Of a stretch of 64,000 nt of DNA, positions 1 to 13,045 are shown in pieces. Each line of letters starts with the position of its first letter. Positions within the stretch are counted from its first letter, which is position 1. Source of the DNA: Marsupella aquatica (Eukaryota; Plantae; Marchantiophyta); contig OZ316892.1 in assembly GCA_973895155.1 (NCBI GenBank), positions 17,164,357-17,228,356 on the forward strand, read 5' to 3'. The notes under the pieces are model-generated. The model searched no databases, had not been told where the DNA came from, and was given only the letters and a program-made list of their open reading frames with translations. Position numbers and translations under genes: made by a program.

Positions 1-2911
1 TAGAGGGACTTGACATGCAATGGGTCCTCTACTACTCTGGCGACTCCTTCCTAAATTGTCCATCCCTGCCCTAAACTTGATTCCCTACCTCATAAGTGCA
101 ACTTTTACTGTACATAAGAATGGTATGCACTTATCCATAGTGTAAGTCAAAGGATTTATAAGCTTGCCCATAAGAGTTCATAAACCCTTAGTGAAAGTTT
201 GAACTTATACAATTGTCAGTTAGTGCTACAAAAAATGCAAAGTGGTCAGGGAAAAGGGAAGAACAACATGCCTTGGAATCAGCATTTTTTTAGTGGCAAA
301 AATTTGTCAAATTTCACCTTCCCAAAAAGCTCTAGCCACATTTGGCAAATATTAGCTAGTATGTTCTGGTCTCATTAGCCAGAATCTATCGGTCAGGAAA
401 ATAATTAGATAAGGAATATTTTGAGCATCTTCTCCTTCACACACCAGACATTGGCATTGGCTACTCTGGCCAAAAAGTAACTTAAAAAATAAGCTTCTTG
501 GAATCATCCAGTGTTGCACTCATGGAGTGTGCACTTAGAGGGAGCTGACAGTAGGGACCTACATATTAGGGGGAGTCAAACCCTACACTCTGCACAAATG
601 AAGCCTCCATTTAGTACTTGCTAACAACACGATAAGCATTTGGTTTGACTTAAGATTAAACATGGTGAAAAAACAGCAACCATTGCTCCACTTGAGGAGC
701 TCATATCTTTCTCAAATCTGATGGGAATGAAGCAAAATTTGACTTGTTAGAAACGTTGTGAAATCATCTTTCCAACAACCTATGGTGGAACTTCTACAGG
801 TGAACATTCACTGAGAAATATGACCTGGCAAGAGCAAGCTACATGGAACTTTTTCTGTGGACTAGGATCGACTGCTGCGGTCACTTGTCACCGGTAGAGA
901 CCATGAGTGGTCCAGTGGGCCATAGATCAAAACCACTAACCCAGATTGACCAAGGAGGAAGGAATATTCTTTGAGACTTGGGAAGTAATACGGAGTCACT
1001 AGGGCCACAAAAATAGATGGATTTTTGGCAAAGCTGCAGGTCCATCCAGGCCAGGGTACTTTGAAGTGATCAGGGCATTCGTGCAAAAGCAAATACATTA
1101 GATATATACCTTCTTTTCTTCATAGAATTTTCCAATTTACACTAACAGATTTTTTCAATGACCATCAGATCTTGACAGATTCAATGCAATGCCTGCACGG
1201 GATATAGAAAATACAAAAGAGATGTTCATTCAGTCACGGACCTGGTGGTTGAAGATAAGCCTTTCCCAAAATTGAACTTCCAGCTGCCCCAGAACATTGA
1301 CGAGCTGCCCGGCTGGACCTTTACAACTCGCGTGGACGACATTAATTAAAACAGTTCACGATACTCAGACAAGTTCATTGGAGTCCTTAGTTTAAACTTC
1401 CGGGAATCAACTTCAATCCTCTATTCAAGGTGTTCACCAAAATAAGATGCTGTTTGCTACTTAGAAGACCTTCTGACAAGAAGGAATTAGGATCTTTTCA
1501 ATCTTTCTCAACAATGTGCACCGTAGGAATGACCCTAAACCTGGTAACCTTTCTCCCTTGTTGCACAATTGCAACCAAGCCACTCTCTCGCACACTTAAA
1601 GGGCCAATAGAAGGATCCTCGACCATCGTGCCTTCCAACAGCTTCGCACTACTAGAATCTGAAGCTTCGTCAAGAGAATCGCTATCCTACACATCTACCC
1701 AACCCTACACATCTACCCAACCTACTTTCAAGTGAAGCAAACATCTGCTACCACCACAGTTTTTGCGAGAAGCCGAGCCATCACAGATTTGCAGACAAAG
1801 GAAATAAATTCTTGTACATAATATATAGGGTCCATTTACATAACCATCGCTTAACTATCGGAAAAACGCTCGAATGAGAAATAAGCAAAGCATTGGTAGC
1901 TCTCAGGAACTTATCCAACGTCCACCTCTTCAAAATTGTTGTTATTCCAGATAGAACAAGTTAGCTCGAAATTTCACCGCCGACAAAATTGTTCACCATG
2001 CTTGTCTATTCAACAAATGTGGACCCAAGCTCGGAAATATGGATAGTAAACAGGCCCTTGTCGACATGAGCATCAACAAATATGGAGAAGAATACCGCAG
2101 AGCATGATTAACAATTCAGAAAACTCCTTAGGAGTAAAATCCTTCGAAACGAAGCTCAGTTGCCTGATGTAATTGGCTAATGAAAAACTTTATTAATTCT
2201 TCTAGAGCAACCAACTAACATCTTGTCGGGTCATGTACACTAACTCATACAAATGCCCACCTAACCATGGGCAGACAAACTCTGAACAAAATTTCCTTTT
2301 CCATTCTTTACAGAAAATGGAATGGGCGAACAGGGAACGAAAATGACTGCAACAAGCCTGGATTTCGGGATGTACAAGTGCCATCACAGCAGTGCTAAGT
2401 CCGCATGAGTTCACCCAAACCAAATATTGACATAAGAGCAATTACACAAGACATGCCTGTTCTAATTGGGAAATTCTCACACTCCATGTGGAGAGAAGGA
2501 GCTTTGCCCCAGTAATCCAGAGTTGCCAAGCTCCTGGAAAATAATCTGGAGTTCACTGACCAAGACCCAGGTAAAAGTGCAGATGCACAGACGTGCGCCT
2601 CAACAATAACACAACCACCACCACCTCCCTTTTGGGATCGACCAGTCCTATGAAAGATCCCTCAATATTCCAAAAGAATTCATAGGCAGGCGATGGAGTA
2701 AGAGCCCACGATGACTAAGGTTAGCTCCATTACATAACCGGACAATGAAAAATACCCTAGAATGCTCAGATGTACAAGTATGCCAACCAAGTTCATGGAG
2801 GTGTGAGGACATTGAACATTGATCATGAACGCAATTGCACTTCACAAGATAATCGATGGAACAGGAGCAGCCGTTTCTACAACTGAGACTGGACTGATCC
2901 TGTCTTGCTGA

Positions 2912-5900
2912 CTAATGCTGAGAAGGTAGTTGTGGTCTCTTTTCCAGCGATTCGTAGTGGAGGACAAAATTTTCCTTTGAAACACCAACCAAGACAACGA
3001 CATGATAATTTTAGATCCGGGCCCTCCTGATTTCAATATAGCATAACATTGTACACATAGCATGTCACACATAAGTCAACAATTACATTATCTCCCAACA
3101 CTCTTTTCCATATTTTACAAGCTAGTGTACGGAGGCTTGTAAGCAGTGCGTGACTTGGGAGGTCCTGACGACTGTGACCGTCCATATCAAATTTCTTACG
3201 ATACATACCTTCCGCAATGTCTCCCAGGTGCTTTGATCGAAATAGAAATACGACCCACGTTCGTAAGTGTTTGTCTTGACAAGCGGTTCCACATTGGGAA
3301 CATGAGTGAACCACATATGATGCTCTTTGTGATAGAACCAGCCCCTATTAACCCTGCCGCAGCGGTTCAGACCACAGACAAGTGAGACGCCAATAAAGTC
3401 ATCCGACAAGTACAGTCCAAGTTCCTACTAGGGTGAAAGCCCGATTTACTTGCCAGGAGTGTTGCCAGGATCTGATATAATATAGTGCAAATGACATGGG
3501 CAGGATTAATGACATACAACTCGTCCGCAGCATACAGTTGGGCTTCATCGTTTGGCATGCTGCATAACAAAGATGTAAACCAACCGTAGATCAGAGAAAT
3601 GTAACAACCCGCTCCCTATGTACTACCGTAATTTCATACAAACTCGTAGTATACCACCGAACAGGAAACAGCCAATTTAAAAACCAAGCATACCTCACTG
3701 CAAAACTAGTCTCTGTACCTGGAGCCTGTGACCTACGCTTCAAAACAAATGCCAGACGGTAAACCAGACAGAATAAAAGATGCCCTCCAACAAGCGGCTG
3801 TATTACTATCTAATTCCCGACCTAGGTTAACCGAGAGAAACCTGTATTCAGTACGGTAAGTACAATCACCATCACAATAACTCGAAATCTAAGGCTCATC
3901 ATGGTCACAAATTGCACCTGTAGAATATGTAAAATAAAGTGTCCTGTTGAAACTTGGCGAAGTAGCCAGGCTGCAAAGACAAAAAGACAAAAAGAACAAA
4001 AATCAGGAGCTCGTCCTAGGCGAACAATTTTGACTGTTTACATCTTTACTAAAAGAACCGTGATAGTTGCAAAATTGACACCATCACCACCACTATCCCA
4101 CCCAATACCCCGTCCACTCTCCCCAACAGAAAACAAAACAAATGCAATAAATGTTCTGATATTGGGTCGTTTAAGATCCACGATCTGCCTTTACCTGCAA
4201 CCTGGGCGCTTGTTGGACATAACATTGTGGCAGTGTAAATTCCGGTTCCCCTCTGATTGGCCCATCTGCCCACGGAGATGCAAAGGTTTTGTACAAGTTC
4301 TCTCTAGAATTGAGATTTAGTCCTAGAGTCGTCAGATCTGTCCCCAACGCTAGGGTAGTGAGGTCAGGATCACTCATTCTTATTACACTCAGCAAACCCA
4401 ACAATCCAAAACGATCAGGAGCACCCTGAACTCCCTGGAGAGACTTCACCCCCATATCCCTGGAACTTTGCCCAACTGCCGCAAGCTGCTGTTGGTGTGT
4501 CCCTAGTTGCCTACTAAATTGAGATTGCTGGTGCTGTTGATATTGATGAACCAGCTGATCCAAACTCGATGCTGAACCCGGAAGTCCCCCAGCTCGTAAT
4601 GATTGTGATCCACCTGGGCCAGGTGGCCCAACAGCCTGAACCTATAAAACAACGTCAGTCTCAAGCTACCAGTCGATTCTTGAATCTCAAAATGCTAGTC
4701 TAACGATTAGACAATCTGCTGAAAAAAACAACGGTCATTTGACTCCCTACAGCGAACAGATCAAATGACTATTACTCAGACAAGACCTCACCTGAGAATG
4801 ATAAGACGCTGACAACCCATGAGATGACGCAAAATTGTCACTCACTGCTGTATGCAAGTTGTGGTCCGCAGCATTAGATGCCAACAGAGAGCTAGAATTA
4901 AGGCCACCTGACACCCCGGTTGCCTGATGTTGCTGCGGCTGCTGTCGGTGAGGAACATATGACCCTCCCAGAGAAAATCCGGCTGACCTTCCCATCTGCA
5001 CTGGATATCATGTGACTAACTAGACTTAAACGTCGGGCAGGAACAACTTTGAAACTGTGTAGCAAGAAAGTTGAACGAGATAACAACTCTTGGCATCCTC
5101 AATGTCACAGAAACCGGTGAACCAGACCAAGCCTCTGGCCGGGAAACTTAACCTCGACAGGTGGAACTAGCTCATCTGTTGTTCTTAGGGACACATTTCA
5201 ATCCAAAGATCCCAAGGTTTTGAAGTGAATTACGTTGCAGTGCTAGGATAGATGACGTGAGCGTCACAACGATGTAGGTGCAGCAAATGAACTGACACAA
5301 ACCAAAGTCATGAGGCATGCACGATTCTGTACCGGGAAGTGTTGCGACTGAATAGCTGCGAGAGCATTCTCATGTTGCTGCTCCTTGTGATGCATTTCAG
5401 AGGTGATGTCAGAGCTTCCTCCTGCAATTGAGGTAAACAACGAAGGTCAACCAAACAGTATACATGAATTGTTACATGAGCATCCAGTAAGGCGAACTGC
5501 ATCGTCATACAGGATGAAGCTTCTTTTCCACTGCACAAATCAAAAACGAGATTGTGAATGCTTCAGACAGGTCACATGGACAAAACATGAGAAAAGCCAA
5601 CAAGGATGAAATGTTTGTGACCTTTGAAGCCAGGCAACGCTGGAAAATCTTCACTCTGTATGCTAAACTCTTGATTTTGTTGAACAATGGTATTGACACC
5701 AACACCTTGCTTTCTTAGGGCAGCTGTGAAAGATAACAAGCATCACTGTAAGCCACACAACCACTGCCCCCAGAAGACCCAAGGATTACCAAGAAACCCT
5801 AAGTAATTGGTGAACTAAGTTTCAGATAGTGGCTATGCCTGACTGTCACCCTACAATGCAGACACTAAATGCTGGAGCCTTGACAGTTGGGATTGACAGA

Positions 5901-7763
5901 AATACAAACCTCCAGGACCTCCACTGTGCAGCCCTCCACTGTTGCGAGTAGTCAATTGTGGGAAGTCGTTCATGTCGAAGTGAACTCCATCATTTTGGCC
6001 CCCATCACTCATACTACCCAGCGGCGGCCCATTGGCTGAGGGTATTTGAATGCCTGACCCCGGACTTGAAGAAAAATTACTCCCAAGCAATGATCCAGGC
6101 GGAGGAGCTGCAGGAAGATACCAAAACATATCCATTGTTGAAAAACTCATCTGTCTGGACATACTATTTTAGAAAGGTACATGCTGAGCTGCAAGAAACT
6201 AGGTGTTCCCACCGGACTGATAAGCTTCCCACACAGGAAGGGAGGCTACACGCCCTCAAGCAACACACTTATTGGCCTCACTAGTTCAGTTGAGGCTAAA
6301 CAGCCACACATGTGACAACCTTTACAAGGTACCCTAAAACATAAGGTGAAGACACAGTGGCTCTCATCTTGATGGGAAATAATGCATGAAGTAAATTGGG
6401 CCTTGGAAATTGGAATTCGTCAGGTGGCTTCTACATTTTGGGTCTTAGTTAAAAGAGGAGCCTCTATCGGTATACCATAAATGTTTGACTTCGGTTGAAA
6501 CTGGCAATCCAGCATGACTGTGATTCCAAAACACAAATAATATACAAGGTACACATAGCGACTCCAGCCTCAGATGGAACCTACAGCATCAAAATAACCA
6601 AAAGAGTCTACTGACAGAATGACTAACCATTCACTTCACGAACATCAACATCACCGCTGAATATGATAAAAAGGCACAGTTAAAGTTATTTGCAATACCT
6701 CTGCTGCTAATCATAGCCAGTATATCCCCCGATGGACTATATGTTGTGGAAGAAAGATTGACTCCTTGCTGCAGCATCGAACTTACAGGCCGTCCAGGCC
6801 CTTGTACGCCAATTCCACCAGTACTACTAAGAGACGCAATATTTCCTCGAGATCCATTCAGGCTAGGGACATTCAACCCACCGCCTGAATTCAGACTTCG
6901 GTTGAGACTGCCACCACCCCCTGACAGACTAACTCCTGCTCCACCTCCAATGTTTCCAGCAGAACTTGCAATGCGCGGTCCCCCAGCCCCCATTTGTGAA
7001 GGTGAAACTCCAAGGCCTCCTAACGATCCCCGATTACCCACTGATCCTGCTCCTGGCGTCGCTCCAGGGCCTGATCCTCCAACTCCATTTATAAAGGCCC
7101 CCATGCGCTGCATCCGATCCAAAGAACCCTAAGTAATTGCTAAGACAACCATTACTTGTAATTAAATCCATTGATACAAAGAAAAATTAACAAGCGCAAG
7201 TACTACTGGAGGAAAAACCAAGCATCATTGCAAAGAGTATTGAGGTTCGAAGGGTGAGAAAGATAATAACGAAATGGTAGTGCGTGGAACCTGCGATAGG
7301 CCCACGGGGAGATTGGATCCAAATCGTCCAGCAGGCAGATTCCCACCAGCTTGATGGGGACTGGACGGTCCACCTCCCAAATTTGGATTTCTTGATGACA
7401 AAGCATTTGGAACTGACTGCATATTGTAACTGGAGTTGTGCAATCCCTGAACTGCAGCAGATGAAACAGGTGACCACTGTTCAAAAGACGGCTCCATATC
7501 AATTGGCCAGCTCAACAGACACTCACTCCCTCATTTCAGTGCCAATCAAGGTATTTTAATCACTAACCTCCGTGATGGAAAACAGGGGCACTTGCGGACT
7601 GTGCTGAGAAGGAGGTGGCAAAAGGTCGGGCAGAGCTTCCAGAGTCGAGCAGCGTTGACGCTGAGCTGTTAAGCATTGACTGCAAGACAAACTTCACTTC
7701 AGATCACGTTGAAGTCGAAAAGGCACATATAACCGGGTTCTTCGAGTTCAAAGGAGACGACAT
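2912..7763 (-). CDS. NOT2: CCR4-NOT complex subunit NOT2/VIP2-like. Coding exons: 7763-7734, 7679-7568, 7451-7291, 7128-6699, 6107-5910, 5723-5622, 5421-5333, 4995-4792, 4641-4195, 3970-3918, 3559-3518, 3353-3209, 2974-2912
   Basis: Hand-spliced GT-AG exons keep frame and give plant NOT2 motifs: FDMNDFPQL, QQNQEFSIQSEDFPALPGFKG, DRFGLLGLLSVIRMSDPDLTTLALGTDLTTLGLNLNS, and the NOT box (TLFYIFYSMPNDEAQLYAADELVNRGWFYHKEH...ERGSYFYFDQSTWET). Stop TAG at 2914-2912. First exon is less certain (alternative ATG at 7676). Probable 5'UTR intron 7774-8634. Confidence 0.93.
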
Positions 7764-9740
7764 GACGCAGTTCCTGAAGGAATGATGAAATAAAAGCTAA
7801 AGCGGGTAAGTCACCCTAATTTGCTAGGGTTCAGTCGAATCTCCATAGTTCATACTACATGAAAGCGGCACGTCAGGACAAATGTACTGAAGCTCAATCA
7901 TCTCCCGTTTAAGTGACCTGATTTTTCATAAATGGCGATAAACAGACTGGCTCGAGTTGCACTTCAAAGGTGCACAGAACGCTGACTAGGTATACCACGG
8001 TCAGCTAAATCACAGACTTCCGTCTTTCGAACGAAGATAACTGGTGCACATTACACAATACACAATCACATTTGGAACGTACGCAATCCTGCAAGGTAGG
8101 GCTAAAACGGTGATAGACCGGATCACTAAAAATGAAACTACATTTCCGATCCTGGATACTTGAAAGCAGGCCATAACAGTGGCAGTGCAGAGTTCACACC
8201 TCTTTGGCGTCATGACGGAAAGGGTAGTACATGATGGAGTCGTGCTCAAGCATGTAATTTGCATCTCGTCTCTACAATCGGTTCGTCCGGTACCATATTC
8301 CAACCCACATGACACCTGGACAAGCCACACATGACGGCCTCAACTCTTTGCTAAGTGTTCCGGAAAGAGGCAGACCTCGAGCAGAAACACGAGGGCCAAC
8401 CTCCCACTGCAAATTACCTTCCGACTCCCAATGCGACGGAAACCCTACCCTGCATAAGACCAACTAAGTCGCAAGGGCCCAGCACAGTGCTAGTCAAGAC
8501 GCCATCAACCTCAACAGCTCGACTCGACAGCTTCATTCAAAATTTGACAACCCCGCCGAGACCTACTCTACAACAGTGATTATACCCGAGAGAGAAGGAA
8601 GAGCAGAGAAAGAAGGAAATCCACCAGCACTCACAGCATATACTACCGTGCTTGTCCCAAGCCTAGTGCACGACGACCACAACGCCCACTCGAGCGCAGT
8701 CCCGGCCACCACGGCGATCAGATTTTCACTTTCTTAACTCCCTTTTCTCTCCTCCGCCCCGTCTCTTCAACCACCATACCTAAACCTCTTCTTCACTCCC
8801 AACTTCCACTCCAAGCTCATGAAAATCTCCTCTCACTTCTCTCCTCGCTCTCTGCTACTATCCAAAACTGATGCTCAGCTTCCCGCCGAGCTCCCCTTCA
8901 GATCCTCCTTCCGAAACTCACTCTCTTCCTCACCTCCGGCGGGCGGCCTACGAACACAGCGGTGCGGTGATGCCAGGCCAATATCAAGCGCGCAGGCAAG
9001 CAGGAAGGCCAGACCGCCAGACTAACACCACAACACAGCAGGTAGTGGAAGGAAGAGATGACGTAAACAATGTCAGGACAAGGCCCGGGGCAAACGAAGG
9101 GCCAGGACGATGACGAAGACGAAGCAGGGAAGACGAAGCGAAGAAGAGCGCTGCTATGCAAATCTGCCAGTAAGCAAGCAAGTAAGCCAGGCAGCGACCG
9201 AGCGATCTAAGTGGAGCTCCAAAGGTGGCAACCACGCGAAGCCAGTCCAGACCAGAGCACAACACAGAGCAGCGAGAGGTGCAGAGCAGAAAGAGCAAAG
9301 TTGACGCGCAAAGACACGAAGAAGCACGTAGAAAATGCAATCGAGTCGGGAAAAAGAACCAAAATCCAGGTAGAGCTCCATTTTGGTAACCCTATGCCTC
9401 GAAGGGCCTCCCCTCCCCTACCCGGGCGGGCGGCAAGCCCCTGCCCGACCCCTTTCGGCTCCCACCCACCATGTCCCGTGGCTCCACTGCGGTACTCCTC
9501 CTGTACTATTATTACTTACAGTACAGTAGTGTAAACGTCGATAGTGTAACACGCATGACACCCAAAAGTCCGTCACTCATTGTCGAATTATTCGGAGACC
9601 GCTCCGTCGATTTGTAATTGAATCGGATTATCCTCATCGTCCGTGTTCAAGCTCAAATCTACGTCCGTCCAGACAAGTTGACAGGCGGTCCAACAAGGGA
9701 GCCATTTACTGCTGGTTACGCCCATATCACCGTGAGTTGT

Positions 9741-9752
9741 CGTGACGTCACG
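9741..9752. promoter_or_regulatory. Perfect palindrome CGTGACGTCACG (bZIP C-box core TGACGTCA) upstream of NOT2
   Basis: 12-bp palindrome seen directly, a few hundred bp upstream of the CT-rich NOT2 leader; a second ACGTCACG lies at 9761-9768. Function is inferred only. Confidence 0.35.
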
Positions 9753-10164
9753 GCGGTCGCACGTCACGGAAGATTCCGGTTCATTCCTCGCATCTCACCG
9801 TTCAGTGAAAAGATCGAAGACTCAGACGACACGATGGAGTTCCGAACTTTGGATCGGCCGACCACTGTGACATACAGTAACGGATCCGGCCTCGTTACGT
9901 TACTCCCGAACTTTAGATCGGCGCAAAGTACGCGCGGGCAGTGCCGCCGGGGACGTCGCGATTGGGCCGCTGAAACATTCCTCCGGGCTCCCGTCGATAC
10001 TCCATACAGCCAGTGTCTAGGTTTTCGCACGGTTCTCAAAATGTAGATTCTCGGAAAGCCAATCATTTAATTGTATTCCGATCGAGACAATTCAAGTATC
10101 ACACAATGGGGACGTGATTGTGTTGGCGAAAATGATGTTCTCATGGACCGTCTAATTCTAATAA

Positions 10165-10551
10165 ATTGATGTTAATAATTTTAAATATTTTGGTAGTTTT
10201 GAGTATGTGTTAGAGGAATAGGTAAGTTATATTTCTAGTGAAATATTTGGCAATTTTAGTTGAGTTATTCATGGGGGGAATGCATACAAATATATTTTAC
10301 TAGATTAAGTTTTCATTGTATTTTTCATTGCCTTGTTGCACTGTGCAAGGAGGGCCGACCCATAGGGAATTGGGCCGGGGTATTTATGGGGCAGTGGGAA
10401 GCACATATGTGCCAAGGTTACACATTTTTTTCATCAATGGTCATGGAAACAGTTCATCAAATACAACGGCTGTAGATCTTTCCCGCCCATGAGCTTTTTT
10501 GTATTGGGACAAAGGACGAAAAAAAATGGAATATTTTATTATAGTTGTAGA
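10165..10551 (-). mobile_element. Dispersed repeat with a Helitron-like 5' end (A|TCTACAACTATAATA), 5' fragment only
   Basis: Aligns by eye over about 380 bp to 54920-55295 (e.g. ggagggccg.cccatagggaat.gggccgggg.atttatggggcag). The terminus resembles the 5' ends of the Helitrons at 43278 and 57657. No 3' hairpin/CTAG found. Left boundary approximate. Confidence 0.55.
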
Positions 10552-12162
10552 TTGGTCTTGTCCTTTTTTTAAGGTCTACTCCTTCTTTAGTTTCCTTGTA
10601 GGTACAAACTGAAAACATTTTAAAGACTCATAATCATCAAATTATATGCCCAAAACTCAGGTAGACCATCAAAATGTGGTCTATAAGAGCACTCTGTCCA
10701 ACATGGTGGTCCATTAGGGCTTCACTTTCATGTGCTAACACTTCCCTGTTTAAATTAACAAGTGGTATTGTTAAGGTATCACAAAAAATGATGACTTTCG
10801 ACTCACAAATCTCAAAGCATGATGACTTTTGACTCTAAACAGATGGCCATAGTTTTTCACAAGGTTCTCTAAAAATTACTGTGGTTTTTTTACTAGCTTC
10901 TACAATGACTTCTGATTATGGCATATGATCAATTTTTATGGGAAACAGTTATACAACATGAATCTGATAGTCCATAATTTTTTCCTCTCAGTAACTTTAA
11001 CTATTGAGTTAAGGTCCATTAAATTTTGCAATTTGAGACCCCCTACTTACACAAAGAGTTCAAACTAATTAATTTGGTTTTTCAAGTCAGGAAACTCTCA
11101 CTCTAGTGCTCTAGAGGCCTTTGGGTATTATCCCGTTTCACCATGTTAAACCTCCACTATCCCAGTAGCAAAACCTGGTGTATGTATCCAAGTTATTCTA
11201 ATTAGCCAAAATTGTTATTAACAAAGAAAAATGGACTACTTTGTACTCCCACAGCTCACGGGATAGTGAGGCCTCGAGTGTTTTCCTCAGGGTTTGTTTT
11301 CCTCAGGGTTTTCTTGGACGCAAATGCTTGACCTTGGTTGAGAATTGGTTTCACTCTATTGAAATTTATTTATTTATTTTTGTTTAGCCTATTTTGGACG
11401 GACAGAGTTACCAAAATTGATGATGATATTGTGATTACATTTAAAAGGTCCATGACCAAAGACCACTTTGGTCAATTGAACAAATTTCTCATCTCTGTAC
11501 TTTCTATTGTCTGTCTCTATTGTTTGATTTTGTATCTGTTATGCAAAAGTACACTACCATGGCTACCTTACCCCAATACACATTGTATGTAGTGAAGTCC
11601 CTCTACTCTACCTCACTTCATTCAATTAAAAATAACTCACTATGTAGTATGTAAATAATCAAAAATCCAGTATACAGCCAAAAAAAAGGGCCAAAAGGTA
11701 AAGTAAGGCAAGCTTGCATTGCTTATGTCATTTACTTTATGAAGGAAGCGACTTTCCATCCAAAACACAAAAGGGTAGCATGGTTGGTTTTGACTCTATT
11801 ATGATTGGGAATAGAACATGGGATGGCTCCCCAGGAATCATAGTTGTGTAAAGGTTAAAATCAACCTATTCATTAACAGTGTCTTTTTTGGGTTCACATA
11901 TTTGTCCTAAAAAGTACATTTTCACGGCATTAAGTGTACACCTCAAGAGGCCCAAATGTACACTTTATAGGCCAAATCATTTTTGTGTTATTTTAAGAAA
12001 TAAAATATAAATATTGTATTATTTGTTATTTCAAAAAGAATTGTAGGATAGAGATCATACTTATAAAAACATTAGAGCACAAAGAAGCCCATGGACCATT
12101 GAAAATGAGCGCATAAAATGATATAATTTGATCATAACTAATCTCATTTTTTGCATTATCTT

Positions 12163-12528
12163 TTTTATGGACCCCCATTAGGGGTCCCTTGTAAATTCAC
12201 TGGCATGAGGATGGGCCACATCAGCGAAGATGGTGACAAATAGGACAGAGCAAGATTTCTGGGAAAAACAAAGGTCCTTGTCATGTTTGTGTTCATATTA
12301 GTGTAACATATGGGGCACCATGCCGTAAATATTAATCGTAAAGAAAACCAGAATACAAAGGAAGAGATGTCAATTTTTTATTGTAACCGTATTAGTTACC
12401 TTTCAAGTGTTTTTACTTATTTACTATGTAATTAGTTACATAATTGCCTTTAAAATAACACAAGTACCGACCTCACTTCATCACACACACATTCCTTCGA
12501 TAAACATGGGGGTCCACGGATTAATTAT
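12163..12528 (+). repeat. Dispersed repeat family X, copy 1 (probable non-autonomous DNA transposon relic)
   Basis: ggacccc.at.ag.ggtccctt and tggggcaccatgccgtaaatattaa.cgtaaa recur at 47896-48140 (+) and 32395-32637 (-). tcacttcatcacacacacattcctt...catgggggtccac recurs inverted at 31160-31212. Confidence 0.6.
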
Positions 12529-12574
12529 GTGTAATTAATAGAGACATTTGGAGAGTTGAGGAGAATATAACATC

Positions 12575-12868
12575 AATCGCAGAACTTGACTACCCTACTA
12601 CTTAGCTCCGGCATCACTGACTTTGACATTGAGCTCCTTTGGAGTCAAGGCCCCTAGTACGGTCATCCGATGGGTACTAAGTATGGGGACACTTGAGGGC
12701 AATGACGCGTTGCAATAGCGAAGATAATGTGTAGAGCTACTAGCGCACACAAGGGACTTAGGTTGGCATTGGGAGCTGGTCAGGCTATAGGAAGGGTTGA
12801 GCTTGGTGCGGACCATCTGGACCCCTGGACACACTCTAAGTTCTAAGGGTTTGAGTGAGAGCTCTCTT
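12575..12868 (+). mobile_element. Old, diverged LTR fragment related to the adjacent chromovirus, in opposite orientation
   Basis: aatcgcagaacttgactaccctactacttagctccggc... aligns to the reverse complement of the LTR end (agtcgcggaactcgactaccttaacacttagctccggc, 28118 downward) and continues to gagtgagagctc. Confidence 0.75.
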
Positions 12869-13045
12869 ATACCAAAGAACAAAGAAGTTTAGACAGTTAA
12901 GACAAATCAGACGCTTGGCGCATAAGATACAGCATGGCTCGGGTGTATCAATCAGCCAATGAAAGATATATACAGTGGGAAACCTGGACAATACGTGGTA
13001 TGGGAACAAACGCAGGGTGTCAGCCTTACTTTTAGCCTCGGGGCC

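Noticed and set aside
7974-7990. 17-bp exact match ACAGAACGCTGACTAGG also at 55664-55680
   Set aside because: One 17-mer match within 64 kb is compatible with chance, and the flanks do not align.
8819-10066. Cluster of overlapping 60-140 aa ORFs upstream of NOT2
   Set aside because: GC-rich leader and promoter sequence with low-complexity translations and no recognisable domain.
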